The notes below the pieces were generated by a model, which saw only the letters and a list, made by a program, of their open reading frames with translations, was not told the origin of the DNA and searched no databases. The translations under genes and the position numbers were made by a program. 64,000 nt of DNA from Eledone cirrhosa. Lineage: Eukaryota. The stretch is taken from NCBI GenBank assembly GCA_964016885.1, contig OZ024741.1:356376001-356440000 (forward strand), read 5' to 3'. Shown one piece after another: positions 26,241 through 39,785 of the stretch. Positions within the stretch are counted from its first letter, which is position 1, and each line of letters starts with the position of its first letter.

Positions 26241-29130
26241 TCCTTCTCGATAACGTCAAACTGTTGACAGACTCTTTCTTTCTTACTACCATCTACCTAC
26301 AAAATTTCAAGCTGAACAGCAACAAGATCTCGGCAAATACTCTACAAATAATTTATAATGGAAAATATAAGTTTTGACAATGAGCATTGAGTTTATTCTA
26401 TCAACTGAACATCAAACTTGTGAATTAATGTGTGATTAACTATTCCACTAACAAGTGTACCATTAACATAATTCCCAAATTGAATCAGTGTGACTCCATA
26501 TGTGACAAGGTTTAGACCTTTCATTTGCAGGTACAATCCATCTTGCATGATTGTGTAAGTGGTTAGGTATTCCACATATAAGTGTAGCCTATATCAGCAT
26601 GACAATATGGGACAAGGATAGACCTTTGATTTACAGGTGCAATTCATCTACTACATGACTTTCACAGTTTCAGTTTACCCAATTTCCCTCTTAAGGATTG
26701 GATTGACTTGATGCTATGGTATATGACACTTATCCAAAATGGCATGCAGTGGGATTGAACCCAGGACTTAATGATTGTGAAGCAAATTTCTTTAATATTT
26801 AGCTATGTTGCATCCACATGTCTAATAACATCTATAAGTATCCACCACTGATTGTTTCTAAAGAAAATACTATTGATTGTCAAGAAACATACTTGGGATT
26901 TATTGTTACTACTTTGTTGTGGTATCTATTATATTACTAGCTGATGTACCCAGCTTCACCTGGGTAAACAGATGATAAGAGAAGACAGGAAGAAGAGAAA
27001 ATGACTGTATTGGATGTTTGTCATGGAAGTAGCGGATCCACATTTCTCAAAAGGATGATGGAAGTTACAATCTTTTATATTATATGTAGATATAGATAAT
27101 TGTATGTAAATGTGTTGGTGCGTGTGCATGTGCATGTGTAAACCAGCGTCCAAATCGTGTGTTTAATTCTCTGTGTATCTGATTTAAGTATTTACGTGAA
27201 GATGTGTGTGTATGTAACTTACTAAGGCATAACTTTCTCACAGAAAACTTTTTCAACTTTCATACCTTCTCTCTCCCTTAGTTAAGTTTCTTTTCTTCAT
27301 CTTCATTGATTCTATCTTAATCTACCTTAATCACACATTCTATTTCCTTCAGGTTTATCTGATCTTTTGCTATTTCTTAGTGGGAATATTAATTTGGCAT
27401 GCTTTAATTTACTTATATAGGATGGTTAACTTAATCTGCTATGGTTACTTTTAGTGCCGGTCCACTATGTTGCAAGCATTCGGGCCAGGGCTCCAGTTTA
27501 AGGATACCTTTCTACCTCCCTTCCCTTTGCAGTCTCTGAAAAGGGTCATGTGTTCAACCCGTCCCTCTCTGAATGAACAGTATAATAAAAACACACACAC
27601 AAAAAAAAAACATAATTGAAAATGAATATCGATTTTCTCTTTATTTAAAGGTTATTAATGACTACAGATACCAGTTCTTCAACATTACCAAAAATTCTCA
27701 AAATGTAAGTGATGCAGCATGTTTTTTATATTTTATCAGTCATTTGTTTTGCTATTTAATGTTCTTTCAAGAACTAAATGTTTTTTGTTTTTTTAACAGA
27801 ATCTTTTTATTTCTTACTTCTATTTGTCTGGAATCCTTTATATTAACCCTTTAGCATTTACATTACCCTATATTTACTATTGTATTTTTGCGGCAAAGCT
27901 TTACCTCACATAATATCGAATCTGATATTTTGATATTATTCATTTTGAGAACAATACCTTAATGTTGGCATGAGTGGATGGTTACAGCCAATTTGTACAG
28001 AAAGAGGTGAGAGAATTCTAGCTGGATTGGCAGAATCATTAGAGTGTTGGGTGAAATACTTTGCAGCATTTAGTTACAGCTCTTTATGTTCACCTTTACT
28101 TTTTCATCCTTCTGAGGTCAATAAAATAAAGTATAATCAAGTACTGATGTTGATTGGTGCAGATTCCCAGGTGACAGATTGGGGGACAACTTCTAAATAT
28201 AGAGATTAGCAGCAAATATGGAAATAAGCTACCCCAGACCATATATTTTACATTATGATGGAATTAACTTCACTGTTGATATGGTTGTTTTTAAATGTAC
28301 TTGAGCTACATTAATGTATACAACTGTTGCTGCTAATATAAGGTTTTGAGCTGCTTTTTGTACAGTCTACTCTGTTGCAAACATTAGATCCAGTCCTTTG
28401 GTCTTAGGATAACTTTCTCCTACTCACCTCAGAAGTTCTGAAAATAGTTGCAAGTGTTGAGTTTTCTCTTCTTAGAACCATATTTTTAATGAAAATCTCT
28501 GTATTTTAATTAATTAATAAAGAATTTGGAGGGATTTACTAAAATTATTATTTCATTAACATGGTATTTGTAACATAATTTAACACAGATTTTTATATAT
28601 ATATTCGGTCTATGGTTCACTAACTGTTAGATGGAAATTGCAATAATTTCCCCCACTTTCAAGTGCCAATGCTTCCAATGTTAATAAAGTAGTATTGATG
28701 TTTCTTGGAAATGTCAAATTATCTAGGCCATATTACTCTTTGTATTTTTTACAATTTGTTGTATACAGTAACTATTTTAGTTTACAATTTGCTCGGGAAT
28801 ACCCTATCTTTGCTCTCAACATAAATTAAGGAGCATAAATCTCTGAGAGTGTTGTAGAATTAATACTTTTTATGCATTCCCTAAAAGTTCTGTTTAAAAA
28901 AAAATCTTTTCATAGGCAGTCCATATTACTTTTTTTTGGTTCAGTTAACTTGACAATCAGAATCCTTTCTCTGATATTGTATCAATATGTCAATTATCTG
29001 TATATTCCCCATCACACATAGCATTAAGAAGTGTTACCTTGCCTCCACTTGTTCTCTTAAATTGTACCTTTTTGTCTTCACAGTAGATGGCCACAGGGTC
29101 TTCTATTCTTACTATTCATAATTTTGCATG

Positions 29131-29460
29131 GTGCCACAATAAAATGTACCTAGCCCACTCTGTAATGAGATAGTATTAGTGTAATGATAAAATATACCCA
29201 GTATACTCAGTAAAGTAGTGCTAATGCCAAGATAAAATGTACCCAGCCAACTCAGTAAAGTGATAGTGTTAGTGTCACAATAAAATGTACCCAGTGCACT
29301 CAGTAAAGTGATAGTGTCAGTGTTACAATAAAATGCACCCAATGCACTCACTAAACTGGTAATGCTGGTGCCACAACAAAATGTACCCAGTATACTCAGT
29401 AAAGCAGTAGTGATAGTGCCATAATTAAATTCACCTAGTGCACTTTGTAAAGTGGTTGGC
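29131..29460 (+). repeat. Minisatellite, ~7 copies of a 45-48 bp unit
   Basis: GTG(C/T)CACAATAAAATGTACCCAGT(G/A)CACTCAGTAAAGTGATAGTG repeated; the last unit runs into the RTE/SINE-type tail GTAAAGTGGTTGGC. Confidence 0.8.
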
Positions 29461-30092
29461 ATGAGGAAAGGCCTCAAGTCATAGAAAACATGCCAAAATA
29501 TGGAATGTATGAGCAAGATGTAGTTCTATGATGTTTAATCTCGGACTGTGATAACCCATCCAACCCATGCCAACATGGAAAACAGACATAAAATGATGAT
29601 CATTATGATGTGGTTTGGCAGTATCGGTAGAGGGTCGGACGCCATGCTTTGACGCAAAGAGTTACGGCCTTTTCCATTATGAGTTCAAATCCCGCCGAAG
29701 TTAACTTTGCCTTTCATCCTTACGGGGGGTCGATAAAATAAAGTACCAGTAATACACTGGGTCATTGCTGGCCTTGTGCCAAAAAGTAGAAACAATTATG
29801 ATGATAATGACCATGTCATTCTTGTCTATGATAGACTACCCATTCAGGAAGGGTCGAATGACATAAACACGTAGGGACAATAGTAAACAACAGTAAGATA
29901 AAATTGGTTATGTTAAGCAAAAGCCAATAATAGATACTTAAAATACCATTTTATTTATTAGTAAACTGAAAAGAATATAGAAAAAGTTCAGAAGAATGTT
30001 GGATAAATTCCATTGCGGTCGGGAGAGGGAATACTTTAACGTTTTCGGCCTTGGTCGTCATTAGAGGATGAGGAACATAGACAGAGTTGCTT

Positions 30093-30267
30093 GTGCTGGA
30101 TTTACCATTGTGCTCAGGTGTGCTTAAGCGCAGGGCCCCGTTGGCCAGAGGAAGGGGTCATCTCCCTGCCCCCAAAACATTTTTTTAGCGGGCCTACTTC
30201 CTTCAGGGCCCAAGTAAGGGGCCTCATAGTTAGCACAGGGCCTCATTTGTCCTAAATTCGGCACTGG
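30093..30267. mobile_element. hAT-like MITE remnant
   Basis: Ends GTGCTGGATTTA / TAAATTCGGCAC with internal GGGCC repeats; no clear TSD. Confidence 0.4.
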
Positions 30268-30902
30268 CTGCAGGTAAATAAATGAGATGGGATTGAAATG
30301 AAAGAGCAAGTAAGGGGCTTATAGGCTACAGGTGGATGTGAGAATGCTAGAAATTAGGAAAGTGCAATGGCCAAATGAATAAATGGAGCAATAAGTTTAA
30401 TTAAGTTGCTGTGTAAATTCTATAATTATTCCTCTGTTAACATGAAAAATGATTCCATGAATTAAAAATGAAGACTCAAGTTAATTTCATATCTCATATA
30501 ATGAATAACTTTGCAAGCCTTCATTTTCCTACCAGCATGTAATATATCTTTCCTGAAGCATGATATTTTTTTAATCAGTTATTGTAAATAGGATTACTAT
30601 AAAAACGCGAGATTCTACATGAAATTACTTCTAGGGAAAGTAATTACATGTGAAGATTTTTTTTCCATTTTGTTTGCATGAATAACATCTTACTTTAAAT
30701 TAAGTAATTTTTTCCTGGCATTGTAGTAGATAAGAACGACTTTATTATATTCAACTTGTAGAAATATTCGCTAACTGTGGTGCTCCGTCGGTAAATGTTT
30801 GGTTGGTTTCGACGTAACGGCTTTTCTGCATTCAATACAATGTCTGCAGGTTGTATCAATTTTAAAGGACATCTACTTCGTCTCAATTTATGAAAGAGAA
30901 GC

Positions 30903-30961
30903 ATGAGAAAACAAGTTCTTTCTAACCAATTGTCTTCGATACCTCCCTCTGCTACATCTGG
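30903..30961 (+). CDS. PPME1: PPME1 probable first coding exon
   Basis: MRKQVLSNQLSSIPPSATS-G; donor GG|GTAAGA, phase 2, fits the exon at 33529; an in-frame TGA lies upstream. Confidence 0.6.
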
Positions 30962-31811
30962 GTAAGACAACCTCTTATTAAAATTCGTCGTGTTCATGCA
31001 CCCATCACAAATCTTCGATTACATCTTATGCTTACGAAAGACTTCGATTCAAAAATAAATATCACCGTCTTCTTTTAAAACAATTTAGACGTAATTAAAT
31101 TTATACTTAGCTTAATTTCTGATTAGAACCAATATTTCTAAAATGAAAATGAGAAGCGATAACTAAAGCAAATTTCAGTTATATCTCATTCATTCTTATA
31201 TTCTTCATAATAAAGCTTCTGTTAACTCTTCCGAAGCGTCTACAGCAACGTTTTCTCCGCCTTCATATGCACCTCATATTTCCTTCTGTTCAAACCATTT
31301 TAACATCTCCATTGCTTCACGAGAACGTAAAACTTCAAAAAATTTGTATTATTAGTTTTAATTTCTGTAATCTTTGTAAAAAGTAAAAGAAAAAAGAAAC
31401 GCGAATGCCGTGTATTTTTTTCCTCGTAAACATTTGTAACAATAGATAGCATTCTTGAAGTTAAGGTGTCTGCAATAGCAGTTGCAAAACAAGAAAAATC
31501 TTGCTCCGAAATTTATTTTAGGATTAGATTAGTATTTTGCAGATGAAAGAGACAGTGCCAAAAGATTTCGAAATATAATTTTTTTAAATAATACTTTTAA
31601 ACAACAAATTGTAATAATATAAGCATTCACAACTTAAATCATCTTCCGTACATTATTTGCAGAGTTTTAGTCGCTTGAACTGCTAGATTTTATAATAATA
31701 AAACTTCAATGTAAACAATTAAGACAGAAGACCTATTTAAATCGATTTGTTTATCACTAATTTAATGTTAACATGATTTTTTTTTTTTTGCGGTCATTTA
31801 GCAGCATGAAA

Positions 31812-32511
31812 GGCACTACCATGCTATTAGCTGTCAGAAGTGAAAGTTTCGTCAACCTTCTCAATCGTAAACATCGTTTATTTCCGTATTACCACGCGTT
31901 ATTTTAATAAAGCATATCGATGTAAGTGGAGTTACTTAAATGAAAATATAGGTGGCCCTTAAAAGGGCCAAATTAGAAAACAAATTTAAGTTAATTAGTC
32001 ATGGTTATCAAATAAATTGGATTAATTTTATATTTTCATAGTCATGGTTATCAATTTCATGTATAGGGTTGGTGAAAAAAATTTGATAACCATATATTTG
32101 TTTTCTAATTTGGCCCTTTTAAGGGCCACCTATATTTTCATTTAAGTTAACTCCACTGTTGGTGAAAATGACTTGTTTTCTACATTGATAACTATGACTA
32201 TGAAAATATAGTTCATGGTATCAGCTGTCAGAAGTAACTCCACTGTTGGTGAAAATTCATTTAAGTTAATGGTATTAGCTGTCAGAAGTAATTCCACTGT
32301 TTAAAATGACTTGTTTTCTACATTGATAACCATGACTATGAAAATATAAATGATTAAATCCAATTTATTTGATAACCATGACTTGTTTTCTAATTTGGCC
32401 CTTAAAAGGGCCAAATTAAAATAACGCTTGGTAATACGGAAATAAACGATGTTTACGATTGAGAAGGTTGACGAAACTTTCCCTTCTGACAGCTAATAGC
32501 ATGGTAGTGCC
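31812..32511. mobile_element. Foldback MITE, Merlin-like termini
   Basis: ~95-bp TIRs starting GGCAC (31812-31907 / 32416-32511), flanks GCATGAAA / GCGTGAAT (6/8), nested internal inverted repeats. Confidence 0.6.
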
Positions 32512-33528
32512 GCGTGAATTATATAACTATAACTTTCTCTGTCCTCGAAAATGTAGATTTTATAATGTTGTTGATGGACCAAATATCTATGTTCAAAACA
32601 AGGATTGACTTCGATTTTCATCCTTCGGCTTTGTAACACAGATATACTCCTCCCAAACAAATTTGGGCACCTTGTGTTATATTTATTATAAACTAGATGA
32701 CTATTTCGGGTTGACTTGAAATTACAAAAACAAATGCCAAAGTTGTCAAAATTCAACACATACACAGATGTATCTCCATTACTTAATTACATAATTCACA
32801 TGAAAATATAGAATCAACACTGTGTCAATAGGTCAAACATCACAAGGGGTGCCGGAGCCTCCCGGTAATACTTTTTGAGACAAGCCAACACATGCAATGC
32901 AGTGGATATTATTATAGGAAATACTACACAAACACACACATATATTTAATATGTGTGTGTATTTATATACATAAATATTGAGAGGGGGAGAAGAAAGAGA
33001 GGGGTAAAATTAGGAATGCTAAAACTAAAACATATGATTTAATATACCAATCAAATACTGAAAACATCGATTTCACAGTATTAGTTCTACTAATTTCAGT
33101 TACTACTGATGCTGTTACTACAATTAATAATTCGCATTGCCACTCAGGAATGCAGGGTTACTTAGTTGACATTAAATCAGTTTGGCATATTGACTATTTC
33201 CTAGCCTTTTTTCTCACTTGGGTGGTTTTAGAATATTAGTGGCTTTTCAAACTTAAAAAAATTAAAGTGATATTACCTCTATAAAAAAACAAGTCCTCTC
33301 TGACTGCATATTGATGATTTAAGAAGCGTCATGGGCACCTTCTTTCTCTGAATTTAGGAAATCACGCCAAAAAAGAAGTGATAAAGAAATTGTATATATC
33401 GTATGTGATCATATGATTCGATTTGATTAAACTTTGACTTTTAGCATAAAACTTCTGAAATAAATCGTATTTTTTTCACGCTTTTAAGATAAGTTTGTAA
33501 GATAATTTTTCTTGGTTGCTTATTTTAG

Positions 33529-33628
33529 GAGTTCTCACCGACGTAACAATCTGCAAAAACGAGATTATACCCCTGTGTCTTGGAACAAGTATTATCACAA
33601 AAAGCATGGTATAAAAGTAGGAAACAAT
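33529..33628 (+). CDS. PPME1: PPME1 exon (SSHRRNNLQKRDYTPVSWNKYY..VGNN)
   Basis: KRDYTPVSW matches PME-1 KRDFSPVPW; ttttag acceptor; donor GTATCCTTTT. Confidence 0.85.
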
Positions 33629-34477
33629 GTATCCTTTTCTTTCTTTTTTTTTATAACTGCATTGACATTTTAAAATTGATTATTGTTATATTAAGAGTAC
33701 AATTTTATATCTTTGGTGAGCCCAGAATCTCATTAGCCCAGAGTTTATCCCAATTTAATTGGTGTCAAGCGATTGCGAGTACAAAATTCCTTCTCTAGGC
33801 AGGATGTCTGTATGCTGTTTGTAGGGTTAACCCCTCAGCTGTTGCTGGTACCTATTTCTTTTTACAGCAAAGTGGACTGAAGCAATGTAAAATAAAGTGT
33901 CTTGCCACCTGATCCAGGAATTAAACACATAACTTTACAATTATGTGCCAAACACCCTAATTGCTAAGCCACACACTTTTGGTGAGGTACAGTAGGTAGA
34001 GGAATAAGGAGGCAGACATATTGGATCTTTATTTCATTTTGTTTTTAGTAAAGATATAAAGGTATTCATCAGTGATTGAACCACCAAGCAATCTAATTTA
34101 ACCAATTAATAATACTTATACAGTGAGAAAAATTAATTTGATCTGATCTTTGCAAATACAGGCAACAACTTTAGACAAGTTTCACTCATATTAAACTTCC
34201 TCAACAGAATAAAGCCTTCTTTTTACTTTCTAGATTAATAGAGATCAAAAACAAATTTAGAATAAATTATATTGAAATCCCACCCTTGCAAGCAGGGAAA
34301 AGCGGATGTAAAATGATGATGATGATGAAATCCTAGGTAAAACAATGTTTTTAAGGACGTTTGAATCATAATTTGTCAAGGTACATGTACCTTACTATTT
34401 GGAAGCTTGAAAATTAAAAGATAGATATTAGATTTGTAAAAATGAGAAAATAAAAACAATATGTTAAACTAGGTAGG

Positions 34478-34748
34478 CAAGGGCCTTGTTTCAGGGGGGT
34501 ACCAGGGGACAAGTCCCCCTCACTTTTTCAAATGTCAAATAAACGTTTGTTTATTTGATATAATAAATTCTTTTTAAGCTTATTTTTTTTATATCTGAAC
34601 TTCATTTGAATATATAAGATTTAATTAGCGTAAAACTTTTACTTGTGATAGGGTCCGGGAAAGGCACTATAAGCAATTTATGCTTCTTTAAGAATCAACA
34701 AATGTTGGTTTGTCCCCCCTCATATTTTTAAGGCAAACGAGGCCCCTG
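34478..34748. mobile_element. hAT-type MITE
   Basis: Imperfect 14-bp TIRs CAAGGGCCTTGTTT / AAACGAGGCCCCTG with an exact 8-bp TSD TAGGTAGG. Confidence 0.8.
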
Positions 34749-36279
34749 TAGGTAGGCATGATTTAGCTAATGTATTTTCCTTATCCTTACCTCATAAGTA
34801 TTATTGATAAATTAGATTATTTTCTTCACTAAATTAAGTATTAAGATATCGGAAAGACTTCTATGTAAAATCTGTTCCAATTCTCTGTACTCCTAGTTCA
34901 AATCCTGCCGAGGTCAACTTTGCCTTCTTTCATCTTTTCAGGGTCATCTTCTTCACCTACTTATTCCTGGGAATGTTGTGGAGGCAGAGTCCTCAAACAC
35001 TCCTTCCAGTGGATCCTGTTGGAACCAGTTGTCTCCAATTGATCTGGCTGGATCCCCAAGCAAAAAACTAGCTGAGCTCATGGATCACCTTCTGATGAGT
35101 TAAGTAGTACCATATCGTCTGCAAATTCCAGTCGATTGATCTTACAGCAACCAGTCATGATACCACTTCCAAACCGGTTGGACGTGTCAATCCAGTTCAT
35201 GAAGATTATGAACAGGAGAGGTGACAGTACACACCCTTGGTGGAGTTCAACTCCTATATTGAATGATTTTGATTTAGCACCATTTTCAAGATCAATAAAT
35301 ATAATACCTGTCTTGGTGTGGTAAATAAGCTGAATTGTTAAAACATTGAATAGGATGCCTTGTGGTGTCTCTTACAACACTATGTTTTGAGTTCAAATCC
35401 TGCTTTCTGTCACTGGAAAAGTGGTGATGCTTCTGCCAGTTGTGACCAACAAATAGCATCAACAATGGAAAGACTAGTGGAAACATAGTTTTTTTGCTTG
35501 GTCTATCTACAAATATCGGCTTCTTTCTTTCACATTAAGTAAGCTGGCTCTAACTTGACTGTTATTTTTTGTACAGATAGCATTCCTGCATCATTTCCTT
35601 TAGTAATTATAAATTTCAGGAATGTATTTACCAATCTATCTATATATTACTAAAAGTCTGTGATTGCTTGCTTGTCTGTAATGTAATACAGCCAGAAGGG
35701 CGCATAATCGGAAAAAACTTTGAAATGGGAATACAAATGGAATAAAACAAGTTTCGCATAAAATCGAAGCACGGGTTCCCCAGATATGAGGTTTTCTGGG
35801 TACCTTCATAAACAGAGAGAGAGAAGGATAAAGAGAAAGAGACACACATTTATATATATACATGTCTGTGTATATTTTAATTTTTTAAAAATTATTTTTA
35901 AGTGAACATGATTTTCAAAAAATATTTTGAAGTGAACGTGACCCAACGGGTCACAAGTGGTCTAGTATATTACTAAAACACTGTGATTGCTTACTTGCTT
36001 GCTTGTCTGTAATGTAATACAGCCAAAAGAGCGCATAATGGGAAAATACTTTGAAAGGAAGTTGCCTCTGAAATGGGGATACAAATGGAATAAAACAAGT
36101 TTCGTGTAAATCGAAGCACAGGTTCCCGAGATATGGAGTTTTCTGGGTACCTTCATAAACAGAGAGAGAGAGAAGGATAGAGAGAAAGAGATAGTGGTTG
36201 TGAGAGTAGATTGAAAGAGAGACATTGAGAGAGGGAGAGGAGAGGAGGGGAGCGAGCTGGTGGTGGTGTTGTGTATATA

Positions 36280-37873
36280 CAGTGGCGGACATGGAAGTAA
36301 GAACACTTTTTATTTTGCATGTAACTTTTTAGTTATTTTGTTTCTGTAACTTTGCAATATGCCAAAAGAAGGAGAAATAATTTCTCTATTGCTATCTCTG
36401 TTATTAAGCCAATTAGTAAAGCGAACCAGTTTTTATGGCTCATTAACGCAATTATAGCAAGATTTTGGCGGACGTGGAAGTAAGAACACTTTGCATTTCC
36501 TATGTTTACTTTCTTCATAGCTACTCTAGCAAATTTTAGATTTGTATAATAAAATATGATTTTATATATGACATTTTTCTTTTTTCCAGCATTTTATTAT
36601 TATGGGGAGAAAAAGAGATTTGAGTCCTACTAAACGGGCACGGATCGTCGAGTTGAGAAAGTTGAATTTTTCCTTCCGCGTGTTTTCTAAGATGACAACA
36701 TGCAGCTCCACTGCTTGTATTCAAGCCTGGCGCACTTGGGAACGTACAGGATCATACAAATCGAAGCCAAAACCAGGACCAAGTCGAAAAACGGACGATC
36801 GCCAGGATAGAGCGATTGGCCGGTCATCAGAAAATGACCGAAAAAAGACTGCTGTCGAGATCTGCTCCGAAGTGAACACTTCCCACAACTCGGATATCTC
36901 AGTCAGAACTGTCCGTCGTCGTCTGCGCGAAATCGGACTCAATGGTCGCATCGCCAGACGTGTTCCGCTCATCTCACTCGCCAACCGTCGCAAACGACTT
37001 GCATTCGCATACAAATATCTCGCATGGACACCTGCTGATTGGCGCAAAGTCCTATTTTCAGATGAAAGTCTATTCACCATGGTCGGATCAGATGGCAAGA
37101 CTTATGTCAGAAGGAGAACACACTCGAGGAATTCGATGATCGGTGTTCTCAAAAAACGGTGAAACATGGTGGAAAATCGATCATGTTCTGGGGTGCATTT
37201 TCGGCTATGGGCACCGGTCCCCTTGTTCCCATTTCCGGCAGTATGAACCAGAACACTTATGTCAAGATCCTGGAAGACCATTTGGAGCCCTATGTTGATG
37301 AAAATATGCCTTTAAATTGGCAATTTGTGCAAGACAATGCCCCGTGTCATTCTGCAAAGTCGGTTAAGCAATTTTTTCATGAGAAAAAATGGAAGGTCAT
37401 CGATTGGCCTCCTCAATTGCCAGACTTAAATCGTATAGAAAACCTGTGGCATTTAATAAAGCGCGAAATTCAACATCAAAACCCAAAAAACTTTCACGAT
37501 CTGATGGCCACCATCAACCTGACATGGAACTTCAGTTTGGACCAATGCATGAAATTAGTGGAAAGTATGCCTAGAAGATGTACTGCCGTGATCAAACAGA
37601 AAGGATATGCCACCAAATATTGATTTCGACCATAATTCGAGCATTAAATGAAATAAAATAAAAGTGTTCTTACTTCCATGTCCGCCAAAATGTGGCTATA
37701 ATTGCGTTAAAGAGTCATAAGAACTGGCCTATTTGACTAATTGGCTTAATAACAGAGATAGCGATAGAGAAATTATTTCTCTTTCTTTAGGTATATTGCA
37801 AAGTTGCAGAAACGAAATATCAAAAAAGTTACATGCAAAATAAAAAGTGTTCTTACTTCCATGTCCGCCACTG
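36280..37873 (+). mobile_element. Tc1-family transposon, full length, IR/DR type, one frameshift
   Basis: TA|CAGTGG..CCACTG|TA; ~210-bp TIRs, each with two GCGGAC(A/G)TGGAAGTAAGAACACTTT repeats; transposase 36602-37623 with FSDES, QDNAPCH, LNRIENLW (DD34E). Confidence 0.95.
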
Positions 37874-37929
37874 TATATATATATATATATGTGATTGTGT
37901 GTGTATATATATATATATATATATGTGAT

Positions 37930-37971
<42 letters not shown>

Positions 37972-38071
37972 ATTGTGTGTGTATATATATGACCAGTGTA
38001 TATAGATCACAGACACCCACATATATGTATAGAAACACACACATTTATATATATACATACACACACGTATA

Positions 38072-38902
<831 letters not shown>

Positions 38903-39692
38903 TATGGGCCTTTCAGTTTCATTTCACATTATATACATGTCTGTGTATATTTTAATTATTTAGAAATTATTTTTAAGTGAACATGATTTTTTAAAAATAT
39001 TTTGAAGTGAACATGACCCAATGGGTCATGGGTGGTCTCGTATAAATGGTCTATAAACTGACTAAAAACATTCACAGTCATGTTTAACACACAACACACA
39101 CACACACAAGAAATCAAGGTCATTTCTCTTTGTTGGCTCTAAGACAGGTATCACACTCATCATAGAGTCCTTTTTGAAGCAATGTTTTATGGCCAGATGT
39201 CCTTCCTGACATCAGAATTCGGTGTACCTATTCTAAACCAGATACATAAAGCAAACATATATTTTCACAGTCAATCTAAAAATTGTTTTTGAATCCTTGC
39301 AAAGATTACATTATTTAAATTTTGCTTTACAAATTATTTTCAAAATGTTCTATATTTTCCAGTAAAATCCATTATTAACCTATATTACAATATGTAAACA
39401 TGAAGTCCTTTTCAATGAGTATAATATCATGTATTACGCAAGGAGGAAGGGGAAGACAAATAAAGATATGTCTGGAAATGAAAGCAAAGCAGTTGGTGAA
39501 GAGGGATATAGGTGAGAGGACTCCATAGATGACAGAAGAAGCTTGTTTTGGGGCCTTGCAATGTTATCCCCTGCTATTAGCAGGAAAAATGTCCTTAAAA
39601 CGCTTGTTGCTGTTGTGAAATATCCAAACCTTATGTAGTCTTTTTCAGTAAGATGTTATTTGAAATGTTAAAATGTCCCTTAACTTGATCAG

Positions 39693-39785
39693 ACATTCCG
39701 AGTATATGAATGCGGGAAAGATGGACCCATTTTGTTTCTTCTCCACGGAGGAGGATATTCTGGGTTATCTTGGGCTCTACTGTCT
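39693..39785 (+). CDS. PPME1: PPME1 exon (TFRVYECGKDGPILFLLHGGGYSGLSWALLS)
   Basis: LHGGG oxyanion motif; 93 nt, phase 0-0; GTAAGT donor. Confidence 0.93.

Noticed and set aside
29131-29460. CRISPR-like periodicity and ORF 29112-29516
   Set aside because: Units are contiguous without unique spacers, there are no cas genes, and the context is eukaryotic.
30695-30997. 100-aa minus-strand ORF
   Set aside because: No recognisable motif; antisense to the probable PPME1 first coding exon.
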